From NCBI GenBank assembly GCA_020536535.1, contig JAHLWZ010000416.1, positions 1 to 49,268 on the forward strand: 49,268 nucleotides of DNA, written 5' to 3'. This stretch comes from Pelomyxa schiedti. Lineage: Eukaryota; Protista; Evosea. Below are positions 39,477 through 49,268 of the stretch, in pieces. Positions within the stretch are counted from its first letter, which is position 1, and the number at the start of each line of letters is the position of its first letter. The position numbers and the translations under genes were made by a program. The notes under the pieces are model-generated. The model ran no database searches. It was not told the origin of the DNA and saw nothing but the letters and a program-made list of their open reading frames with translations.

Positions 39477-41848
39477 TGGGGGCAGCCAACACCAAGCTTG
39501 AGGAAGAGCAAATGGAACAAGTTACCACGGCAGACGTGGCCCCACAACAACAGCAGGAACAACAACAACAGCAACAACCAGAGACGACAGCGGCAGAGCG
39601 GAGCTGTGGGTGCTGGCTGTGCTATCGCCCCTTCCCTCTGTCCTACACTCCGGCTCCTCCCGCTCAAATGGTATGTCTCTCTCCCGCAGTGTCATCCTCG
39701 CGCTATGCCGACGGAACAATGCTTTTCAAATAGGAATGCGGACACAATTTATGTGGGGAGTGCATGGTGTCACTTTGCACTCAGGAATACCTCGCCCCCT
39801 CATCAGGCGACCGAAAACATGTGGAAGCTTCAACAGGGGAGGAGGATGAGGTTGCCCATATCAAATGCGGTGTGTGCCGACAAAGAACCACAATCAACAT
39901 GAGGAACCTCATGGATGACCTGGATGATAACGCTTCCAGAACTCCACGTTCGACATGGGATAAGACAAGGGTGCCGGAAAGTATGAGTCTCATGATTTTT
40001 AAGTAAATGCAACGCAATTACTCACCTTCCACCAGGGACATGTATTTTTCACATTGGACAACCACTGGAGGGTTATTGCGAGACAGATCAGTGCATGGTG
40101 TGCTCACAGTGCATGCTGGGTACCCATCGCACTCACAGGTTTACTGAACTTGCCACACAAGCACACGATTCCAACCAGCAGGCACCCACTCTCATCCAGT
40201 CCATACATCAACAAAAAGATGTGTTGGAATGGTTGGCAGTTGGAATTGAGGAAACAATTGCCTCCCTCACAACTGTATGTTCTGTGCTAAATCGGCATCT
40301 ATCATTGTTTCATTTAACAAATAGAAACAGAGGACAACTGAAAAAGAAATTGAAGAAACATTTGACAGACTGATGAGAGAAGTGCAGAGGAAGAAAGAAG
40401 CACTGCTCTCCAACACAATCAAGATGTTCAAAAAACAGAAGGATACACTCAAACTGCAACTCAAATGTGTACGATATGCAGCTCCACACTTGGCAGTCTC
40501 TGAATCTAAGCTGGTGCAATTGACAAATCAACAGGAGAACGGGGCTGCCCAACAACAAGGATCACCCTCAGCATCATACATTTATCACCACGGAAAGGAC
40601 GAAGTGATATCCTTGGTTGCCTTGACTAAAAACCGGTTTCTACAAAACTGGGAGTCTCCACTTGTGTGTCTGCCACCCCTTTTGGGATTTTGTTTTTTTA
40701 TTTGGCAAGTACTAAAATACCATCAGGATGTGTGTCTGGTCCAGGGCACTTTCCAAGTTGGTATTCAAGAACACACCATCATATCTGCACTTGAGAGCAT
40801 TGATAACCTCTATCTTTCAAGTAAAAAACAGACCAACAGCAATTCAACAGACTGATTTAAGACCAACAGAAGAAGATTTCGCTCTGACAGCACTGAGGAA
40901 TCTTGCCCTTGGCAACTTTGAAAAGGCATTCCAAAATTGTGTGGCAATGTTCCCACCATCACCATTTGGTCCTCTTGACGGAATCCGCACCAACACTGCT
41001 CAGGCCCCAAAGGAAATTGCCACCAGATGCTTCAATCCAAACAAGTTCGAGGCACTTGGAATTATACTAATGCTGTTACTCTTTGACATGAGGCCATTAT
41101 TTATGGACCGGCTGGGACCATTTGATAGCTATCCTGAAGTGATAGTGATTCTGTTGACTAGTTGGGCTACACTGAAGTACACTTCACTCGAAATACTTCA
41201 GAAAGTGCGTTCCTGGGTCCTTTCAACGTCACCACGGTTCAGTGCACACCACCACAGAGAAAGGAGGTCAAGCACAGTGGGGATCAGGTACATGGATCAC
41301 AACGGGAATGATGTGCGTATTATTAGCTTGATTGCACTTGTCTACTTCATCCAGGGCTATGTCGACAGCTACATGAGCGAAGTCCCACATCATTCCAAGG
41401 TGGCCTGCCGTTACTGGGAGTGGGCAGCTTCTATGTGTGGCAAACAAATTGTTGCCCAGAAAGTGCCACGTGCACTGGCTAAGCACTACCTTGGTCGAGT
41501 GCCACGTGCACTGGCTGTGCACTACCTTGGTCGGTATGAACTCACGTTGCCAATCTGGTCTGATGTTGCAGAGTCAGACCCTGTGCGACAATGGCCAGGA
41601 AGGGATGATGCGCGGTGGCTGGTGCTGGCATCTGATGGTGGCTACGCCTGGGCACAGACATACCTCGCCCTGCTGTATGAGCAAGGTCCTGAGGATGCAA
41701 GGGTGAGGAGGAACAGGGACCCGCAGGAACCATGCGTCTGTACACGATCGCCGCCAACAAAGGCATTCACGAGGCTGTGAGGCTTCTCAGACTGGCTGCA
41801 GCACAAGGCTGCTCTCTCTTTTTTCCGCAATGGCAACAAGTAAACTGA
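39477..41848 (+). CDS. TRIM-like RING-B-box-coiled-coil protein with C-terminal helical and Sel1-like region (frameshift near 41725)
   Basis: RING CWLC...ECGHNLCGEC...CGVCR; B-box CIFH..PLEGYCETDQCMVCSQCMLGTHRTH; coiled coil EIEETFDRLMREVQRKKEALL; Sel1-like ASDGGYAWAQTYLALLYEQG and MRLYTIAANKG in a shifted frame. Confidence 0.7.
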
Positions 41849-41933
41849 TTGCAATGAACCTTTTTTTTTTCAACTTTTTGTGTGGAGTTTTTACAGGGAT
41901 GGTCTAGGATGCGGATTTAGGCCAAGGGTTGTC

Positions 41934-44900
41934 TCACAGGTTGGATATGCCTGTGAATCCTCCACCCCCAAGTGGTATCCCCGACCCCATCTGCATGTTG
42001 TCCGACATAGGAATCCCCGATGACATTTGCTGTGGTAGAACGCCGGGCGGGGGCATGCCAATTCCCATGCCCATCGCCATTCCGCCTGTATTCACACTCA
42101 TTCCCATGCCCATTCCCATTCCCATTCCCATTCCGCCTGTATTCACACCCATGCCCATTCCCATCCCCATGTTCATTTGCGAGGGGTCAACCGGTAAAGT
42201 TACAGGTACCGCGGGTGGTGGCATAATTGCCTGAAGGCCTGGTTATGAATTAGGGAGGATGCAAATGAAGATGTGAGGGTAGTTTTACCGTAGGGGCCAA
42301 CGCCGAACTCTTGTCTGATGGGTTGATCAAACGCGGAGTTGCTTTTCTCCTTTTCCTCTTTGGCTTTTTGGATTGCCTCGAGTTTGGAGAGTCGTTTTTC
42401 GAGTGATTTGATCTAAAACCAACGGTTAGTGTTTGGGTGAAAAGGAATGGGTAAAACCTTGTGTGTGTATGTGCGGTATGATTGGATGAGGAATGGATAT
42501 GTGTATTCCATCAAATTATTTCTCCAGCCGTATTCAAGGGCCAGATCCGGTCGGATAAGCTNNNNNNNNNNNNNNNNNNNNNNNNNNNNNNNNNNNNNNN
42601 NNNNNNNNNNNNNNNNNNNNNNNNNNNNNNNNNNNNNNNNNNNNNNNNNNNNNNNNNNNNNAAAGGAATGGGTAAAACCTTGTGTGTGTATGTGCGGTAT
42701 GATTGGATGAGGAATGGATATGTGTATTCCATCAAATTATTTCTCCAGCCGTATTCAAGGGCCAGATCCGGTCGGATAAGCTCGTAGCAGGTGTAGAGAC
42801 AAGCAACGTAGCCGGCATTGTTGTTGTTGCGCACAAAGTAGCTGACCAAGTCTTCGGCAATCTCCTGCGAATCTGATTCGGCTGCTATTTGTACAGCATC
42901 TTTATGCATATTGTCCTTCTTGCAAAGGGCAAGAGCCTTTTCGTAGTTCTTGGTAATCTATTGCGAGGTCAGAAGGAGGCACACAACCTACATCCAACGT
43001 TACCGTGAAGAGGTTGGAAGCAATTCTCCTGAACTCGAGGAGAGGATGCGACTCGAGGGCACACGCAAGAGCATTGTGGTCAAACTTGTCAAAAGCGGCA
43101 ATAGATTTTCGGAGAGCTTCGTACTCCCCCTCCTCAATGTAGAGTTCATTGAGCGCCTCATTGACAGCAGGGATGTTTTGCTGAAACACGTTAGAAATAA
43201 AAATTTAGAGAAGCGTTACCTCTTGTACTCTCAAAAGGTATTCCTTGATCAAAGCGAGGCGAGATTTGCGTCTGACCCTATCCACAACTGTCGTGTGGTC
43301 GACTCTCGCTATGACAGCCATTAAAAGGTCAACAATTCGTTTTGGTTGCTCCGCAAGGTAAAAGTCGACCGATTTGTATACAAGGTCCAGCTTAGCACGT
43401 TGGATAGCCTCTCGGAACAATGTGTGATCGAAGGCATCAGCACTGTGCTCCATCATTGTTTCAACAGCCTTGTCTGGCTCATTTGCCATACACAAGAAAG
43501 TGACCTCTGCCAAAATTGTTAGTAAAGATAAGAAAAGCGCGAGAATGAACCTGGCCATTGCTGGTTGCGTGAGCAAACCTGCATTACTTTATTGACTTGC
43601 ATTCTGTCATTGTATTCCTTGAGGTGGTCCATGAGTTTCTCCTCTTTGTACTTGCTGTACAAGATAGCAAGCTCAGTGAACATTCCGACGTGGGCACGTT
43701 CAAGAGCCAAACCGCTCTCAAGCAAGCTGATTACTTCCTCGAAGTAACCTCTCTTCTCGTAATTGATAATCAAGTCACTCAGCTCGTCGCCATGGATGAT
43801 TATGTGCACACCGCAGAGCTGGGCTAGCTTGAATTCCTTGGCATCAACGCAGGCAATGTTGACTTCCTTCCAGGTCTTTGTGCTGTTGGCTTTGCGTGCA
43901 GCGTCAACAGCCAGGTTGTACTGCTTAAGATGGATGAGGGTCGAAGCCAACTTGACATAGTTGTTAATGTTGCTGTAGAGCAAGCGAGCAGCCTCGAACA
44001 ATTTTGCGTCGAAGCACCTGTCACCGACCAGTTGGATTTGTGCTGTATTAGGCGAGTTGATGAACTCCTCAAGGTCACCCAGCTTGCTGGTTTTGGCAAA
44101 AGCAAAGAGCAATTCACTCTCAATCCTTGTGTCCTTGACGTTTTTGCGGCACATGCGCAAGTAGAGAACCAAATCTTCATAGCAGTTCTGCACAGCTGCA
44201 GCTTTGATAACCTTAGGATTCGTTACAAATAGATGAAAGATAGAAAGGCAGCATACAGCTTCAAATGACTCGTGGTCGTTCGCCTTGATAAAGGAGTCAA
44301 TGGCATCTGGTACCAATAACGCATTCAGCTGTGCAGTGGCAAGCTTACTCCAGACAGCAGGCTCGTTAACAAGGGAGGCATACTCCTTTCCTCGGGGAAT
44401 GCTCTTGATATTCATCAGAAGGACTTCAACAGCCTGCACGTGGTGCTTGAACTTCTTCAGAATGAAGAATGCTTCTTCATTGAGCGCGTTCTCAATGCAA
44501 ATTCTTGAAATTTCTTGAGCATCATAGTTGTTCAGACGATCGGCGTAATTCATAACACGCGATGTGTCAGCTCCAATAGCGGTCAAAAGGAGGAGATTCT
44601 GCAAGCTCTTGTGATCGCTGAATTCGGTGCCTTCCAACACAATCTTATCCAGTAGCTCAAGCAACTCAGCGGGGAGATTGGCATTCATGAACGCCCGCAC
44701 GGTCGTGCTGACCTCATCAGCAACCTTTGTTTCAGGGAGGGCGGTATGGACCACTTGGTCAATCAATTTCTTCCTGTGAACGTTGCTCTCGTCCAAGACA
44801 CTCTTCCATAGACCTAGATCTTGTCTCTCAACCAAGTACCTGGCTTGGCTCTTGAAAAGTGAGTGCTTGTTTGTGACCTCAATGATTTGAGGATCACACT

Positions 44901-47900
44901 TCCCCCTCTTGTAGGCAATGAACGCAAGGTTCGGGTCGTGATCCTCACAGTACAAACCGACCTCCAAGCTGTCATAGTAGGGATTCTTGGCCAGAAATTC
45001 CTCAGGGTTCTTGCCGATGTACACGTAAATCTTGGCAAGGGCGTTGTGTAGAGCAGTCTCCTGGTTTCCTTCCTGCTCGCGCTCCTCAAGCCAGGGGAGA
45101 AGAAGTTTCAGCCGATTGCGGTCATTGCACACCTTCACAAGGGGCTCAATGGGGCAGCGTCCATGGACGTTCTGTGGACAATTAGAAGAGGAGAAATCGA
45201 AAGATAAAACTACCATCACGAGGGTTCTGACGTACTCCTCATTGCAACCACTGTCAAGAAGAGCTCCAACAACGATGGGAGTGTTGGGAGGGTTGATGGT
45301 GGTTACGTAGACCTCAATGAATTTGTTGTAATTGTTGATGTAGAGGTATTTGGTCATATCGTCCACGAAGTCGAACTTGTCACAGACAATAATGAGGGGA
45401 AGTTGATCTGTGAGTCTCAGTTCCTAACAGAGAGTAAAAATATAGCAAAGAATAGAACTAATACAACCTTCAATAGTTCTTTCACGCGGTCCCCAGGATA
45501 GTGCTCACTGTCGCGACACACCTTTTCCAGTTCAGCAAACTGCCCTGTTCGAGCAGCTGCCTCAATGTACTTGTAGTGAACTTCAGCATCAGTGCTTGTG
45601 GAGATAATCTGGGCAAGATAGAAGAAAATTCCTAATTTTCATCAGAGACCAGAAAAAATGAGAAGTACAACCATCATACGCCTTGAACGTCTCGAAGAGT
45701 TTCACAAGGTTTGCAGGCTTCAACAACTCAGAGTATGTGGTAGCAACTTTTACAACGAGCTGGGTAGAGGTTAAAAAAAACCTCGGGCAAAAAAGGAGGT
45801 CTTACCCCGAGGTGCATCTTTAGATTGATACGCAAGAGGTCCTGCAGAATTTCCAATGTATCTTCGGCGGAAAGAGTTCCAAAATACTTAATCAAGAACT
45901 CCGCTGGTATAGCCTCTGTGTGGATAATAACTCGCTTTATGTCGGCAATCTCGGTGTAGTGCTGTAGTGCCCGGTGGTACAACCTTGCGCGCTCACACAG
46001 CTGGCCAATGTGGAATCGATCGTAATAAGTGTAAAGTTCTTGAGCCATGATTGCATCAGCAACTCCAGGTGTATTGAGGAGGTTAATTTCCAGGAGCTTG
46101 GTTTGGAGTGGGCCATCTTCAGGCTTGTTGGTTTTCATCACATCAAGCAAAAGGGAAGTAAGCTCCTGAACAAGCTTATACCGCATGAAGGCCTCAATAA
46201 CCTAAAAGAGAGGTAAAAAAAAAACATGTATTGTTGGATGGTAAAAAGACCTGATTTATATCAACTGTGGCTCCACCGCTTTGAAGTAACAACAAGGCGA
46301 AAGATCGAGCACGCTCGGGGTTAATTGGAATAATGGCCATAAGGAGAGCCATGTAATCAGCCTTGAAACCAACTTTGTTGCAGTAGGCAACAATTTTGTC
46401 GAATTGTCCCTGTTCAGCCAAAATTTGCACGACCTTAGCATGTGCATTTCCTCGCACGTATATGCTTGTGATAAGCCTTAAAATGTCGGGTGTGATATTC
46501 CCTGCTTTGCGAATTTCATCTCCCATAGCCTCACTGCATTCAATCTACCAAAAGGTTAGTGGGAGAAAAGAGGAACACGGTAAGTCACCTTCTCGTCGTT
46601 CACCCATGTCTCCAACAATTGCAATCTTCCTTGTGAAATGACAAGGCGAGTTAGCTCCAGACCCTCCACGGAATTGAGCTTGGTGTTTTCGAGTAATGTG
46701 GCCAAGTAAACCAACAGCGGACCAGGTTGCCCAGGTGCAGCAGGAATTTGCTGAAGCTGCTGAAGAGTTGTAGAATTCCTAATGCTTGTCTGCGGCAAAA
46801 CCAGTCAAATAAGGAATGGGATAAAACTTTCATACCCCCGGAGACTTGGCAGCCAATACAGCGGCCTCTTTGATTAAACCTTGTCCGAACAAGCGAGAAA
46901 ACTCGGCTTTGAAGAGTTCGTCCGCTCCAGAAAGATTGTTCTTAGCGGCAATCTTTCTGGCAAGACCAACGTCATTGAGTGTAGTTGTTATGTAGGGAAC
47001 AATGGTTGATTCGTCGACGCTAACTGAGAGCACTTGACCCTTCCTGTTCACTGCAATCATTCCATCAGTTGATTTCTGGTAGGTGGTGAGGAAAATGGTA
47101 TCAGAGCTAATCCTTTTGCGGTCCACAAGTGTGCCAGTTCCAAGGTAGTACAAATGAAGGAAACCAAACCTGAAAGAGTTAATGAGAGGAAAAAAAAGTG
47201 AATGTGTACTTGGTGATCACAAAGACCATGTCGAACTTTTCTGAAACCTGCACACCAACAGGGAAATCTCCCTGAATGTCGGGTGGGAAAGAGATTTCAA
47301 CGGCAATTTTTCCAAACGGTTTGTCCTCTTCTCCCCTTGACACCTCGGCAATGAAGAGTTTGCCACCTTGAAGATTTTTCTGTGCGAACACAAAGAGAGT
47401 ACTTGGTCGTGTTGCTCCCTCAACGCTGAACGAATGTTAGAAGAATACGGCAGGGTAATCTTACGTGTATTGTGCGAAGGCGGCAGCATGAGCCTCAATG
47501 TTCTGACTAACACCCTTTTGCACGCTGTGTAGTTGTGCACACCCAACGACTTGACCTTCCTGGACACTGTTTAAGTAAAAACTCAAACGGGAAAAAGTAC
47601 CTTGGGGGCGATGCCAATCAACGCAAGCCATGTTTCAGATGCATCTGCGCGGTAGTTGATGATCTGGCACTCATTGAGTTGAGGTAGTCTGTCGAACATT
47701 TTGGTTGGAGCATCTTTTCCTGAATGTGTTTTTTAGATGATTTTGGATTGTCGAAGGTAAAGGAAAATACCATCCATGTGCCAGTGATACACTGATGTAC
47801 CCGTTACCAGGGCAATACAGTTGTTCGTTATCCACTTCCAGAAGACCAATGGTTGGGGCATCTGATATTCCTTTATCTTTTGTCGTTGGTCCATGTCAAA

Positions 47901-48293
47901 CACCTGGAGTGATTGACCAGCTACGAGGATGAGAAGCAAAGGAGGAAAAGGTAGAAAAATACCGGTGAGAGCAAGAACGTTCTTAGAGGGATTCATTATA
48001 GCGAGATCAGCAGTAATGGGCTTCCTCAACAAGGCATTGGGTGCTGCCATATCAACCACCACAACTTCGTTCACTGTTTGACCTTGAGGTCCTTGAGTCT
48101 GCTCCCGGACACACACGAAGCGCTCAGACTCCATGGTTAGAGTCGTGAAAGAAATGGCTTGAGCTGAAATTCCATGTCTGCTCAACTGAGCGGTACAAAA
48201 CAGACATTAACTACGTTTGAAGACCACGCTAAAAAATACCTGAGTGAGCTCATGGAATTTGATGGGAAGTCGTTGCTGCTGTGGCTGCATCAT
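41934..48293 (-). CDS. CHC: Clathrin heavy chain, multi-exon
   Basis: LPIKFHE; FTTLTMESERFVCVRE; FWKW; RISSDTIF; LQTKLLEINL; FKSQARYLVERQD; ERAHVGMFTELAILYSKY; HPLLEFRRIA; YELIRPDLALE. Confidence 0.98.
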
Positions 48294-48699
48294 GCTCTTA
48301 TTCGAGTCTGCGGGAATCGTGTTATCGCCAAAGACGAAGAGAAACAAAAACAATAAACGCCTCTTTTGTGTCGCAAATCCGGGCGGACAACGAACCTTTT
48401 GCGTATCGTGCGGCTCTTGGTTTTTTTTTTCCTTGTTTTGATTTGTTCTTTTTTCTGTTACGTCTATCTTTCAGTTACTTGCGGGGCAACTGTTGCTTCT
48501 AGAACATCAAATTTTCATCACTAACCCCATTCCCCACTGAGTACCATCCTCCAAGATCGACACCCAACACCAATCACGCAGTTATGCTTTTTCATTGTCA
48601 GTTGTGTGGCCCAATTGGGCCACAGGCGAGTATTTATGTGACGGGCAAAAACCCCTTTTCAGTTTCTTGTGAAGCTGGGGGATCAATGAAGTTTTAGAT

Positions 48700-49268
48700 G
48701 CCCTTCGTGCACCCAGGTATTTGTTTCGTTTGATTTTTGTTATTTCACATTTCATCTAGACAATCAGGCAGGCAAACCTGCCTATTCGAGGTTTCCGAGG
48801 CATTGTTTTGCTTTTGCAAAAGGGCAAAGGGAACGGATGGGGAGGTTCTTTACGGGATCACACGAAGGAATCGCGAAAAGGAATCCTTTGGAGTGAAGTT
48901 GGTTAGTGGACCAATTTCATCATTGTTAGTTAACGAAATACTGGGGCTTTGCGGTGGTGCGGTGGGAAAAATACGCGGTTGCTGTTGTTGCTTTGCTTTT
49001 GCTTTTTGGTTTTGGAGTTGCACACACAACATAAAAATACCTGAAGCGGGTTGTGCCGCCATCACTCTATCATGTGGGAAATGACCCTATCCTCGTGCCT
49101 CATTGGCTGGCGGCGTCGTTTCTCTGTGAGTATTTTAGGGTTGTTGATATTAGTTGGGAGTGACCAGGATCATATGCCTATGCCTATGTAGATGACTATA
49201 TTTCCACCAGTTGGTTGGAGGGACATCAGGCCAACAGTAAGTGAAAACAAGGTGTGGAGTGCAGGCCT
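48700..49268 (-). CDS. Probable 3' end of an unidentified gene (partial)
   Basis: Short ORF 48850-49065 with coding-like composition. No motif recognised. Confidence 0.2.

Noticed and set aside
42440-42781. Apparent duplicated clathrin exon
   Set aside because: Same overlap artifact across a 100-N gap.

Overview
Gene-dense, intron-rich eukaryotic scaffold with very short GT-AG introns and 100-N scaffold gaps. Gene content and style suggest an amoebozoan, plausibly Pelomyxa/Archamoebae (inference). Conserved genes are ARPC2, an ABCC/MRP transporter, ARL16 and clathrin heavy chain. Lineage-expanded or odd-architecture genes include two tandem paralogs of a long Sel1-repeat gene separated by Ty3/gypsy remnants, a degenerate DDX21-like protein with two DEAD domains, a polyQ-SH2 protein, a GBP/atlastin-like GTPase with a C-terminal RING, a pseudokinase-Sel1 gene and a RING-B-box-coiled-coil (TRIM-like) gene ending in Sel1-like repeats. 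The most unexpected part is a non-genic island at about 32.9-38 kb. It holds (i) a Helentron/Helitron-type non-autonomous element with 16-bp subterminal IRs, a hairpin, CTAG and an internal minisatellite, (ii) an 832-bp TA-flanked element with short TIRs, and (iii) an abutting 1859-bp TA-flanked near-palindromic element with 191-bp TIRs whose two diverged arms each carry a convergent micro-exon unit with conserved splice sites. Gene boundaries were inferred by eye and are approximate.
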